DNA of 64,000 bases from NCBI GenBank assembly GCA_965240325.2, contig OZ251248.1, positions 1 to 64,000 of the forward strand, in the 5' to 3' direction. This document shows, one piece after another, positions 48,808 to 61,593 of the stretch (position 1 is its first letter; each line of letters opens with the position of its first letter). The DNA is from Rebecca billardiae RCC1528 (lineage: Eukaryota; Protista; Haptophyta). The notes under the pieces are model-generated. The model had not been told where the DNA came from. It did not search any database and worked only from the letters and a program-made list of their open reading frames with translations. A program made the position numbers and the translations under genes.

Positions 48808-49075
48808 GGTGGGGCGCGCGGCCGGGCTGGGCTTCTTCGTTCGGGCGCTGAACCGGATGGAAATGACGAAGCCGACGACGGAAACGACGGCCGTCGGGTC
48901 ATCACAGTACGTTCAATGTCGAGAGCATGCAACGGTCGTCATACGCGCTACAGTAGGCCGGCGCGGACGGACGCGTGGGCGAGAGGCCAGCCAGTGCGAG
49001 ACGGCGGCGCGCACACGGCCAGGTCGCAGCCACAGGCAGCGCCCGGACACTCGCGGCTGCACTCACTCGGCCTGA

Positions 49076-49288
49076 TCAGAACTGGTCGTCGGAGCCGAGG
49101 TCGTCGCCGTCGTCGTCCTCGTCGTCGTCGTCGTCCTCCTCCTCCTCGTCCTCGTCGTCGTCGATCAGCTCGTCCTCCTCCAGCTGCTGCTGCCGGCCGG
49201 CGCCGCCGCCGATCCCCATGCCGCCGCGCGCCGCGCCGCCGCCGCCGCCGCCGCCGCCGCCCATCGCGGGCCCGCGCTCGATCTCCGG

Positions 49289-49327
<39 letters not shown>

Positions 49328-51208
49328 CTCGTCGGTCTCGTCCTCCTCCTCCCCGCTGTCCGACTCCGCCGGGTTCATCGAGCCGTGCACCACGCCCGAG
49401 TCGACGCCGTCGTCGTACCCGCCCGCGTCGCCGCGCGGCCGGCGCAGGCCCGCGCCGCCCGGCCGCTTGGTCGGGCGCGCGCGCCCGCTGGAGGAGACGC
49501 GCGAGCCGCCGCCGCCGTCGGCGCTCTCGCCGCCCGCGCCGTGCACGCCGCCGCCGTCGTGCTGCGCGTCGTTCATCAGCGCGTCGTCGATCGCCTGCTC
49601 GTCGATCTGCGCGCGGCGGCGGGCGGCGGGCGGGCGTCGGTTTGGCGAGCGGCGGTGAGCGGCGGTGAGGGCGCGGCGGTGAGGGCGGGGCGGGCGCGCT
49701 CGCGGCGGCGGCGGCGTGGCGGCGCGCACCTGCGCCTGCCCGCGCAGCACGCGCAGCTCCTCCTCGCGCAGCCGCTTCTGCATCGCCTTGAGCTGCCTGT
49801 CGTGCTCCTCCAGCCGCTCCTGCTCGGCGCCGTGCACCTTGTCCAGCTCGGCCTCGAGGAACTGCAGGTTGCGCCAGTTGCCGAGGTACAGCTCGTACTG
49901 CTTGGAGAGCGAGGCCTCGAGGCGCTCGTACTCCTCCATGAACGCGGGGCGCACGGCCTGCAGCGAGGAGAGCCGCTTCTGGTGCCGCTCCAGCTCGTTC
50001 TTCCGCTTCTCGATCTGCGCGGCGCGCGCGGCCGCGAGCGCGCGCGCGCGAGCCGCGGGCGGCGCGCGTGGGCCGGCGCCACCCGCCCGGCGCGGCCGCG
50101 CCGTGCGCGCGCTCGCTCGTTGGTGTGCGCACCTTGTTGTTGAGCGAGGCCTCGTCCTTGGAGACGTTGGCGACCATCTTCTCCATCTCCTCGAGCTGCG
50201 CGCCCATGCTCTCCGCCTGCTGCCCCAGCCGGCGCTGCACGTCGCCGATCTCGAGCGAGCGCGAGAGTGCGCGCTGGTGCGCCTCGCGCGCCTCCGGGTG
50301 CAGCTCGAGCAGCTCGTACAGCTTGGCGCTGGCGGGCGGGGCACAGCGCACGCGGCGTGGGAGGAGCGCGCCTCAGCCCGCGCGGGGCGGGCCGCGCGGC
50401 GGGCGCGTCGGCGGGGCCGCGCCCGGACTCACCCGGACTTGACAATGTCTGCGGCGAGCGCGCGCGTCGTCTTGAGGTCGGAGAACTTGGCGCCGCCCGC
50501 CGTGTCCGGGATGAGCGCCTCGTCCTCGCCGCCGCCGCCGCCCGAGACCGCCGCGGCCTCGGCCTGCTTGAACGCGTCGTACAGCACCGTCGCGATCTTG
50601 AGCAGCTCCTTCACCGCGTACCTGCGCGCACCGGCGGCGGCGGCGCGGGGCGGCGGCGCGCGGCGGCGGCGGCGGGCGGCGGGCGGCGCGCGGCGGCACG
50701 GCGTTCGCGCGCGGTCAGTGCGGCCAGCGAGCCCGCGCGCGCCCACCCAGCCGCGCCCACCCCCCACGCCCGCCCAGCGCACCGCCCGCCGCGCGCGGCG
50801 CACCCGTTCGCGGAGTAGAGGTTCTTGATGTTGAGCTTGATGCGCCCCTTGAGCAGCATCGCCTGCGCGGTCGACTTGAGGAAGTGCACGCGGTCCGACT
50901 CGGTCTCGATGTTGTCGTCGATGTCGATGGACGAGTCGTACCGGACGACGAGCCAGCCTGCACGCCGCGCGCGCCGCGCGCACCCGCACGCCGCGCGCCG
51001 CCGCCGCGCGTGAGCCACGCGCCGCCGCGCGGCCGTGCGGTGCGCACGGCGCGGCGCGCCTGCCGTGCGCCTGCGCCTGCGCGCGCGCACCGAGCAGGTC
51101 GGCGACGAGCTCAAAGTTGGGCGAGCGGAAGGACTGCACCGAGACGAGGTGCGGGTACCCGAGGGCCCGCATGATCTCGGTGAAGTTGCGCAGCTCGCGG
51201 TACGACAT
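49076..51208 (-). CDS. CLUAP1: Clusterin-associated protein 1 / IFT38, 6 exons
   Basis: [19 protein letters not shown]...[42 protein letters not shown] and an acidic tail. Exons 51208-51091, 50957-50804, 50621-50433, 50328-50133, 50014-49730, 49606-49076. Confidence 0.96.
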
Positions 51209-51372
51209 GGCGTCGCGGCGCGGCGGGGCCGGGCTGCGCCCCGCTGGCAGGTTGGGCGACCGCCACCGCTGCTCCAAGTTTCAACGTCTCGTCCGGCGCT
51301 CCGGTCGAGAGCCCGGACTCCCCCCGGCCCCCGGCCGCTGGGCTGCGCGGATTCCAGCGTGTTCACTGCGCG
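51209..51372. promoter_or_regulatory. Putative bidirectional promoter (CLUAP1 / desaturase-like gene)
   Basis: Only 164 bp between divergent start codons; inferred from geometry. Confidence 0.5.
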
Positions 51373-53307
51373 ATGGTGGCGCCTCCCCCGCCCAGCGCGG
51401 GCGCCAATGGCGCGCCGGCGGACGTGCCGGAGAAGTACCGACGAGCGGTGCGCGCGCGCGCGCGCGCCGACGGCCCCCGCCCCGCCGCGCCCCGCCCACC
51501 CGCCGCCCCTCGCCCGCCCGCGCCCCGCCGCCGCGCCGCGCCGCAGGTCGAGCTGGCGCGGCGCGACCAGACGGGCGTGCGCTGGGAGTACTTCTTCAAC
51601 CCGCTCCCGCGCTCCGCGACGAAGTGGCTCGAGTCGTGCCTCTGCGACGCGCGCGACCTGCCGATGGTCCTCCTCATCTCCAACATCTGCACCACCGTCG
51701 TGCTCGCCGCGGCCGCGCAGTACCTGCTCCTCGAGCCGGGCTCGAAATGGGGCCACGTCGTCGGCGCCGTCTACCTCGTCGCCACGACGGTGCGGCCGCG
51801 CGCCCGCCGCCCGCCGCGCGGGGTCGCTCGCCGCAGCCGGGCGCGCGCGCGGGTCTGACGCGCACGCCCACGCCGTGGCGCGCGCGGGCGGCGCACGCAG
51901 GCGCTCTTCGACGCGCGCTTCATCCTCTGCCTGCACTACGCGCAGCACCTCAAGCTCTTCAACCCGGCGGCGATCGGCCGGCTGCCGGCCGCGCTGCTCA
52001 ACGAGGTGAGAGCGGCGGCCGCGGGGCGGGGGCGGGGCGGAGGCGACAGGGGCGGAGGCGGACGCACGGGCGGAAGGGTGCGGGCGGAGGGCTGGCTGCA
52101 GCCCGAGCGCTTTGCTGGGGCTGACCCGGCGCGCGCCGCGCGGCGCTCGGTGCGCGCAGGTGCTGCCCACGGTGCTCGCGCCCCTCTTCGGCATCCCCTC
52201 CGGTGCGCGCGCGCCGCGCGCGCGCTGGTGCAGGGATGCACTTTTTGCACCCCTGCACCCTAACCCTAACCCCCCTAACCCTAACCGCGCGTTGGTGCTG
52301 GTGCAGGGATGTACTTCTTGCACCACGTGGCGATGCACCACGTGGAGGACAACCTCTTCCCGCACGACCTCTCCTCCACCATGCCGTACCAGCGCGACTC
52401 CTTCCTCGACTTCCTCAAGTACTGGGCCACGTGAGTACTCGTTACCCACGCAGTACCCATGTGCCAGTACCCACGCGCACCCGTCCATTCCCCTTGCGCG
52501 CACACGGCGCACGCGCGCGTGCTGACGGCGTGCCCGCCCCCCCCCCCCGCCCGCCCCGCAGCTACGTGAGCGGCACCGCCGTGTACCTGCCGCTCTACGC
52601 GCTCTCCAAGGGCAGGCCCCGGCTGGCCGCGTACTCGGCGCTGCTGCTCGGGAGCTGGGGCGCGCTCGTGTGCGGGGCGCGCGCGCTGCACCCGACCGCG
52701 GCGCTGTGGACGCTGGTGATCCCGGTGCTCAAGTCCTCGCTCACGCTCATGTTCGGCAACTTCTCGCAGCACATCTTCGTCGACCCCGCCGCGCCCGAGT
52801 GCGACTACACCTCGACGTACAACTGCATGGCGGTGCTGGACAACCGCTTCACGTTCAACGACGGGTACCACATCGTGCACCACCTGAACGCGCGCAAGCA
52901 CTGGAGCGAGATGCCGCAGGCGTTCGTGGACAACCTGCCCAAGTACGAGGCGCACGAGGCGCTGCTCTTCGAGAACCTCTTCTTCTTCGACATCGGCATC
53001 CTCGGTGCGCGCGGCGCGCGCGAAGCGAAGCGCGCGCACGGCGTGCGCGCGCGAGCGCGTCGCCGCGCGGCGTGCGCCGCGCCCGGCTCTCGCGCGCGTG
53101 ACGTGCGCGGCGATGGCGGCGTGTGCGCCGCCCGCGGCGCGCGGCGCAGTGATGACGGGCCAGTGGTCCAAGCTCGCGCGGCACGTCGTGCAGCTGAGCG
53201 ACACCCCCAAGTCCGAGGCGGAGATCATCCGGCTGCTCAAGCGGCGCGTGCAGCGCATCCCCTGGGCGCCCACGCCCGACGGCAAGCCGAAGAAGGCGCT
53301 GGCGTGA
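51373..53307 (+). CDS. Membrane fatty-acid-desaturase-superfamily protein, 7 exons
   Basis: His boxes HYAQH, HHVAMHH and HIVHH, plus FGNFSQH and FNDGY. Exons 51373-51447, 51547-51789, 51901-52005, 52160-52202, 52307-52430, 52562-53004, 53150-53307. Confidence 0.88.
52257..52286 (+). repeat. Telomeric-repeat insertion in intron 4 of the desaturase-like gene
   Basis: ACCCTAACCCTAACCCCCCTAACCCTAACC between 28-bp direct repeats 52224-52251 and 52297-52324. Confidence 0.9.
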
Positions 53308-53741
53308 GCGCTGGCGTGAGCGCTGGCGTGAGCGGGCCGCGCGGCGGGGGGCGGCGGGCCGAGCACGCGCCCGCGCTGGCTTGGCTACGCGCGCGGATCG
53401 CCGATCGCTGCCGGCCGCAGCCGCCGTGCTCAGTCCGACGAAGGCGCGGCCGAGTGATGATGAGAACGACGATGGTACCGAGTCATCCTGGTCGTCCTGA
53501 TCCGCGTGTGTTGAGATGAAATCAGAAAATCACCGCGCATCATCAAATAATGCCGCAACAAAATAACGCGGCCGAGCGCAAATAACGCGGCAAAATGAGG
53601 ATGAGATTCGTGAAGCCGCGCCGCAACAAAATAACGCGGCGGCGCGATCTGCTTTTTCGCGCCATCAAGCGCTGGCCGCAGCGCGCGAAGAAGCGGCCGC
53701 CAAGCAAGGGCGCGCGCTCGGCCCGAGCCGCACCCGGCGCG

Positions 53742-55273
53742 ATGCCCGCGCGCGGCGCGTCCGCGGAGGACGCGCCGCCGGTCGACCCCGCCTCGGCGCC
53801 CGCCGTCAAGGCCGCGCTGCGCGCCCAGCTCCAGGCGCTCGTCGGCGACGACTCGAGCGTGACCAAGCGCAAGGGCGCGCTGCGCGCGCTCGCCGAGCTC
53901 GTGGGCGCGCCCGGCGGCTGCGCGCCCGCGCTGCTCGACGAGGGCGGGCCGTCGCGGATCCGGTGGCGGCACGTGCTCATCCGCGTCGTCGCATTCCTCG
54001 CCGCCGAGGCCGAGCGCCCCAAGGGCGGCGTGAAGCGCGCGGAGGCGGAGCGGCTGCGCGCGCTGCTCACCGCCGCCGCCGAGCGGCCCGGGCTGCAGCT
54101 GCGCAAGGTGGCGCGCGAGCTGCTCGCGCACGTGGTCGGCGTGCTCGTCGGCGCCGTCTCGCGCGACGGCGTCGTCGACGAGCCGCACTACGAGTGCGCG
54201 CGCGACCGCGACTCGGCGTACCTGCGCGCGCGCGCGCGCGCTCGCGGCCGCGCGCGCGCGCATGCGCGCGCGCCGCGCGCTCAGCCGCGACCGCGCGCGC
54301 GCGCGCGCGCGCAGGTACGCCGAGTCGCTGCGGCTGCTCCTCTCGTTCCCGCCGTACGCGGCGCGGCTGGGCGACGACGACGTCCTCGACGTGCTCAAGG
54401 CGTGCGGCCTGTGGCTCGCGCGGCCGCCGCGACTGTCCGCGCCCGCCGGCCGCGGCGCGCGCGACGCGCCGCCCGAGCTGCTGGCGTGCCACGCGCAGGT
54501 GCTCGCCGAGCTGTTCGGCGCGCGCGACCTGGCGCTGGCGCCCAAGGCGGTCGGTGCATTTGCCAAGCGCGCCGTCGCCGCCGCCGAGGCGGCGCTCGGT
54601 GGCGGCAGCGCGCGCGGCGAGTGCGGCGGCGCGGCCGACGGCGGCGGCGCGGCGCACGCGCCGGGCGGCGGCGGCGCCAAGCGCGCGCGCGAGGGCGGCG
54701 CGGAGCTCGCGGCGCTGCGCGCGGGCGCGACGATGGGCTCGGCGCAGCTCCGCCGGCTCACCTCGCTGCTCGGCGTGTGCAACGCGCTGTGGCACGCGCA
54801 CGCACCCGACCACCTGCGCGCGTGCGCCGGTGCGCGCGCGCGGCGCCCGCCCGCGCGCGCGAGCGCGCCGCGCGCGCCGCGCCGCGCCGCGCGCGCGCCC
54901 GCGCCCGCGCTCACGCGCACGCCCTCCGCGCGCGCGCGCGCGCAGAGTTTGGCGCGAACGAGCACGTGCGCGCCGCCGCGCTCGCGCTCTGGCGCCAGCG
55001 CCACGGCTGCGAGGAGGCGTGCGCGGCCGCGCGGCTGCACCTCGCCGCGTGCCGGCTGGCGGGCGCGGCGGCGGAGGAGGCGGCGGCGGCGCGCGCGTGG
55101 CGCCCGCTGGTGCTGAGCGCGCACGCGAGCGCGCACGCGCGCGCGCTGCTGCGCGACCTGCCCGTGCTGCTGCGCGCCGCGCCCGTCGGCGGCACCGGCG
55201 CCTTTGTCGCCGCCGCCGCCGCCGCGGAGGCGGCCGCGGCCGCGGCGGGCGGCGCGGCCGCGAGCGGCGGCGC

Positions 55274-55333
<60 letters not shown>

Positions 55334-56503
55334 TGGCGGTGGCGGCGCGCAGTACGGCGGCCTCGACGTGCCGCGCGCGCTCGTGCTCCTCGAGATGTCC
55401 GTCGACGTGCTCGCCGCGTGCGCGCGTGCCGAGCCCGCGGCCGCGCCGGGCGACGGCGGCGGCGCGCCGCAGCCCAAGGCGGCGCGGCGCGGCGGCGGCG
55501 GCGGCGGCGGCGGCGCCGCCGAGCGCGGCGCGGCGCGCGCGGGCGGCGAGGCGGCGGGCGAGGGCGAGGCGGCGGTGCTGGACGAGCTGCTCGCGCTGCT
55601 CGCGCCGCGCGCGCCCCGCGCGCCCCCCGCCTCCGACCACGCCTCGCTCACCCGCGCCGCGTGGGCGCTGTGCCTGCTGGGCGCGCTCGCGCAGCGCTGG
55701 CCGCGCTGGCTGGGCGCGCGCGGCCACGCGCGCGCGCTGGCAGCGCTGGCGAGGCACCTGGGCGGCGCTGCGCCGCCGCCGCCGACGCCGCCGACGAGCA
55801 CGGCGACGGCGGGTGCCGACGCGCCGCCGCCGCGCGTGCCCTACGCCGAGCGCCCCGCCCTCTCGGGCACGCTGCTGCCGGCGCTGTACGCGGCAGCGCA
55901 CTCGCTGCGCGCGCTCGGCGCCGCCGCACCGCCGCTGGGCGGCGGCCGGCGCGGCGGCGGGCAGGGCGGCGGCGGGTGGTCGACGCTGTGGGGCGAGGCG
56001 GCCGAGGGCTGGGCGGACGCGCTGTGCGCCGAGCTCGCCGCGCTGCTCGCGCGCATGCCGGCGGACGGCGGCGCCGCGCCCGCGGGCGGCGCGGGCGCGC
56101 GCGCGCTGCAGGGCGGCGGCGGCGCGGGCGCGGCGGTGGGCTCGGCGGCGGGCGCGGGCGCGGCGCGCGCGGCGGCGGCGGACCTGTGCCTGGGCACGCT
56201 GCGCGCGCTGGTCGAGTGGCGCCTCGTCGCGCCCGCCGCGCTCGGCGCCGCGTGCGCCCACCTCTGGGCCGCGCCGCTGCTGCGGCCGCCGCCCGCGCGG
56301 CACGCGCTCGGCGGCGGCGCGGGCGGCGCGAGCGGCGCGGGCGGCGCGGGCGGCGCGGGCGGCGCGGGCGGCGCGGGCGGCGCGGCGCCAGGCGGCGGCG
56401 CGGCGCGCGGCGCGCCGCCCGTGCGGCTGGCGGCGCTGCAGTGCGCGGCGAGCGTGCTCGCCGCGGCGGTGGAGGACGATGCGCGCGCGCTCGCGCCGGG
56501 CGG

Positions 56504-56586
<83 letters not shown>

Positions 56587-57263
56587 AGGGCGGCGGCGAG
56601 CGCGGCGCGGGCGCGCTCGCGCGCGCGGTGCGCGCGCACGCGGCGCTGCCGACGGCGCGCTGGCTCGTGGGCGTGCGCGCGAGGGCGTGCGAGGCGCCGC
56701 TCGAGCGCGACTCGGCGGCGAGCGCGCTCGACCTGCCCGGCCTGCTCTGCTCGCCCGCCGCCGCCGCGGCCGACGCGCCGGCGCGCGCGGCGGGCGCGCG
56801 CGCCGTCGCGGGCGCGGGCGCGGGCGGCGGCGGCGCGCCGCCGCCGCCCGCCGACGCGCGCGCGGAGCCGACGCTGGCGCGCGCGACGGACGGCGGCGCG
56901 CTCGGCGCGAGCGCGCCGCGGCTCGCGGCGCTCTCGCTCCGGCTGCTCAGCTGCGTGCACGCGCGCGCGCCCGGCGCCGCGCGCGCCGCGCGCGCCGAGC
57001 TCGCGCGCGGTGGGCTCGGGCCCGCCGCGGCCGCGGCGCGCGCGGCCGCGCGCGCGCCGCGCCGCGCGTGGGCGCCGTGCGCCGCGCTGCCGCCGCGCGC
57101 GCGGCTGCCGCCGCTCGAGCCGCCGCTCGCCGCGCACGCGGAGCTCGCCTCGCGCGCGGGCGGCTGGGCGTGCGCGCTGGGCGCGTGCGCGTGGCTCGAG
57201 GCGGAGCTGGCGCAGCCCGAGCGCACGCGGCAGTGGCACACGCCCAGCGAGGGAGGCGAGGGA

Positions 57264-57298
<35 letters not shown>

Positions 57299-57462
57299 AG
57301 GCGACGAGAGCGGTGGGGAGGGCGGTGGTGAGGGCGAGGAGGCGGAGGAGGCGGAGAGCGAGGGCGAGGGCGACGACGAGGCGGACGACGACGACCTGGC
57401 GCTCGGCGCTGCGGACGACGCCCTGCCCGCGCCCGGCGTGCTGGGCGGCGACGACGGCGACG

Positions 57463-57501
<39 letters not shown>

Positions 57502-60500
57502 CGGACGGCGGCGGCGGCGGCGGCGCGCGGCTGCTGGGCGAGTGGGCGCGCGACGCGGAGGCGGAGTCGGCGTGGGTGCACTCGGACCGGCCGCTGCGCG
57601 CCGCCGTGCTCGCCGCGCCGCTCGGCGCCGACGCCGACGCGGCCGACGCGGACGGCGCGCCCGCGGCCGCTGCGTGCGCGCGCGCAGACGCGGCGCGCGG
57701 CGTGCGCGCCGCGGCCGCGCACGCGCGCACGTGCCGCCTGCTCGTCGCGTGCGCGTGGCAGTGGCGCGCGGAGGCGGCGGCGTCCGGGCTCGACGGCGGC
57801 GCCGCGGGCGCCGCCGACGCCGACCCCGCCGGCGCGCACGCCGCCGACGCCGCCGCTGCTGCCGGCGGCGGCGGCGGCGCGTGGGCGGCGCGCGCGGCGC
57901 GCGCGCTGTGCGCGCTGCGCGCCGACCTGACCGCGGCGCTCGGCACGGGCGTGGAGCGGCTCGACGCGCTCGCCGCGGCGGCGGCGGGCGGTGGCGGCGG
58001 TGCGGGGGGCGGCGGCGCGGCGTGCGCGGAGGGCGGCGCGGAGCTCGGCGCCGCGCTGTGCGCGCTGGCGGACGCGCTGAGTGCGCTGCTGCACGAGGCG
58101 CTGCAGCAGGCGCAGCAGCCGCAGCCGCAGCAGCCGCAGCCGCCGCAGCCGCAGCAGCCGCAGCAGCCGCAGCAGCCGCAGCAGCCGCAGCAGCAGCCGC
58201 AGCAGGCGGCACCGCCGCACGCGCACGCAGCGCACGCGGCCGCAGCGGGCAGCGCCGCCGCCGACGGCGCCGCCGCCGACGGCGGCGGCGGCGCGTGGCG
58301 CGCGGTGGGCGCGGCGGAGGGCGCGCACGCGGGCGGCGCGCTCCGCAGCTGTGTCGTCGGCTCGGCGCTCGCGCAGCTCGCGCGCGCCGCGCTGCGGCTG
58401 TGCGCGCGGCTGCTCACCTCGACGGCCGCGCACTGGCCGCGCTGCGCGGCCGCGGCCGCAGCGGGCGTGCAGCAGACGCACGCGGGCGCGCCGCGCCAGG
58501 GCGGCGGGTTTGGCGGCGGGCTCGGCGGCGCGGCGCGCGCCGGCGCGGACGGGGGCGCCCTGGACGACGACGACGCGTTCAGCCTGCGCGCGGCGGACGC
58601 GCCGCCGCCGGCGGGCGGCGAGGGCGCGCCCGGCGCGGCGGCGGCGGGCGCGGCCGCGGGCGGCGGCGAGGCGGCGGGCGGCGGCGGCGGCGGCGGCGGC
58701 TCGGCGCACGCGTGGCGGTGCGCGCGCGCGCGCGCCGGGCGCGCCCTCCGCGCCGCGCCGCACTGCGCGCGCGCCCGACGCTGCCACGCCGCCTCTTCTC
58801 ACACGCCGCCCGCGGCCGTGCGGCGCGCGCGCGCGCGCAGCTGCGCGCACGCGCTGTATGGGTGCGCGCGCGCGGCCGTGTGCGCGCTGCTGCTCACGGC
58901 GCGCGCGCGCGGCAGCCCCGCGCTGGCGCAGCCGCCGCCCGCCGAGCCGTGCGCCGCGGCTGCGTGCGCGCTGAGCGCGGACGTGCTGCGCGAGGTCGAG
59001 CGCATCGTGCACGCGCGCTGCGCCGCGGAGACCGAGGACGGGCGGGTGCGCGCGCGCGCCTGCGCCACCACGCGGCGCGCGCGCGCGGCGGCACCGCGCA
59101 AGCGCCGCTGCCTCCGCGCCGCGCCGCGCGGCTGCGCGCGCTCTGAGCGCGGCGCGCGCCCGCCGCCGCCCCCGCGCGCGCACCGCGCCGCGCGCTCGCG
59201 CGCACGCGCGCGCGCGCCGCCGCAGCTGCTGCTGCTGCAGCTTGCGCTGGACGCGCGGCACGCGCCCGCCACCGCGGCGGCGCTCTCCGCGATCGGCGCG
59301 CCCTGGGTGGCGACGCTGCAGCGCGCCGCCGCGCCCGACGCCACCGAGGCGGAGTGCGCGTTCACCGAGTGGGCGGCGCCGCAGCAGGCGCTCGCGCTGT
59401 GGCGCACCGCGCGCGTGCTGGGCGCGCACGCGCCGCCGCACGCGCGCGGCGCCACCGCCGGCGCGGGCGGGCACACGGCGGCAGCGCTGGCGCCGTACGA
59501 CCGCTGGGTGGGCGCGTGGGCGGCGGCGCTGCGCTCGCAGCTCGGCGAGGGCGACGGCGAGGCCGCGCCCGGCGGCGGGAGCGGCGGCGGCGGCGGCGGC
59601 GTTGGCGGCGCTCCCGAAGAGGCGGGGGGCTGGGCGGCGCGCGCGCACACGCGCGGCACGCGCGCGCTGCTCGCGCGCGCGATCGGTGCCCACCTGCGCG
59701 TGCCGCGCGCGCGCGACGACGACGGCGGCGACGACGCGCCGCCGCCCTCCGCCGGGGCGGCCGCTGGGGCCGCCGGGGCCGGCGCGGCGGGCGCGGGCTC
59801 GACGCAGCGGCTCGGCCCCGCGACGCAGCATCCTTTGCTCGCGCCGGGCGCGGCGGGCGGCACCCAGCGCATCGGCAGCGACGACGACGACGACGACGAC
59901 GACGCGCCCGGCGCGGCGCGGCCGCGCGCCGCCGCCGCGCCGCCGCGCCCGTCCGAGCGCGCCGCGCCCGCGCTCGCCGCCGCGGAGAGCTGGCTTGAGC
60001 GGCGGCTGGTGCGCTGCCTGACCGACCGGAGCGCGCGCGTGCGCGCGGCCGCGCTCGAGGAGGCGCCCTCGCTGCTGCGCCTCTACCCCGACGGGGTGGG
60101 CGCGCTGTTTGCGCAGCTCACGGGCGCGCTGGGCGCGCGCGCGTGGCCGGAGCCGCCCGCCCGCGGCCGGCCGCGCCCGCGGCCGCAGCCGGCGTGGGCG
60201 GCGTGCGCGGCCGGCGCCGCGTGGCGGCTCGGCGGCGCGGCGCACGCGCCGACCGCGCTGCCGGCGGCCGCGTGGTGCGTGCGCCGCGCGCAGGCGCTGC
60301 GATCGGCGCCGCGCGCCGATGACGCGGACGCGGACGCGGACGACGCGGACGCGGGTGGCGCCGCGCGCGCGGCGCCGCCGCCCGCCGACGCCTCGGCCGA
60401 GCCGTGCGAGCGCGCGCTGCGCGGCGCGTACACGCACCTCGCGGCCGCGCGCGGCTTGGGCAGCGCGGCCGCGCTCACGCGCGCGCTCGCGCCGAGGCTG

Positions 60501-61512
60501 CTCGCGGCGCGCTGCGGCGGCGACGGTGGCGGCGCGGACGAGGCGGGCGCGGGCGCGGGCGGCGGCGGCGCGCTGCGCGCGGCGCCCTCGCCCGCCGCCC
60601 TGCTCGACCTGCCCTACTCGCTCTGCGGCTACCGCAGCCTGCGCGCCATGCTGCGCGCCGTGCGCGCAGAACTCACGCAGCTGCTGCTGCGGCGGTGTGC
60701 GCGCGCAAAAGCGCACGCCGCGCGCCGCCCACGCCCGGCGCCGCGCCGCGCCGCGCCGCGCGCCGCGGTGCCGCGCTGACCGCCGCGCCGCGTGCGCGCG
60801 CGCCACGCGCGCGGCCGCGCGTGCGCAGGGGCGACACGGCCGCGCTGCGCACGCTCGCCGCCGCGCTTCACCCGGCGGGCGGCGGCGCGGCCGCGCTGCT
60901 GCGCTCGGCGTTTGCGCCTTGCTACGCCGCGGCGCTGCGCGCGGCCGCGGCGGGCGGCGGCGAGGCGTGCGCGGCCGCGCTGCGCGAGTGCGTCGGGGGC
61001 GAGGCCGCGCTGCGCGCGTTGGCGGCGGCGCGCGAGGAGGCGGTGCTCGCGCACGTGCTCGGTATCGGCGTGCCGCGCCGCGCCGCCGCCGCCGCCGACG
61101 CCGACGCCGAGTCTGGCGGCGGCGGCGCGGCCGCGGACGCGCCGGCCGCGGGCGGCGCCGCCGCCGACGCCGAGGCGCGCGGCGCGCTCGAGGCGCTCGC
61201 GGCGGCGCGCGGCGTGCAGGTGGGCGCGCTCGTGTGCGGCGCGCGCGGCGTGCGCCTCGTCGGCCTGCTCTGCGCGGCGCGGCGCGCGATGCGCGCGCGC
61301 GCCGCCGAGCCGCGCGCGGCCGGCGTGCGCGCGGCGCGCGCGCTCGCAGCCATCGCCGCCGCGCGGCCCGCGGCGGCGGCCGCGGCGACGGGCGCGCTCG
61401 CCGCCGCGCTCGCGGACGCGACGGCGGTGGCGGCGGGGCTGGGCGCGGTCGACGACACGTGCGCGTGCGCCGCGCTGCTCGGTGCGCTCCTCGCGCCGCC
61501 CTCCGACCAACG

Positions 61513-61593
<81 letters not shown>

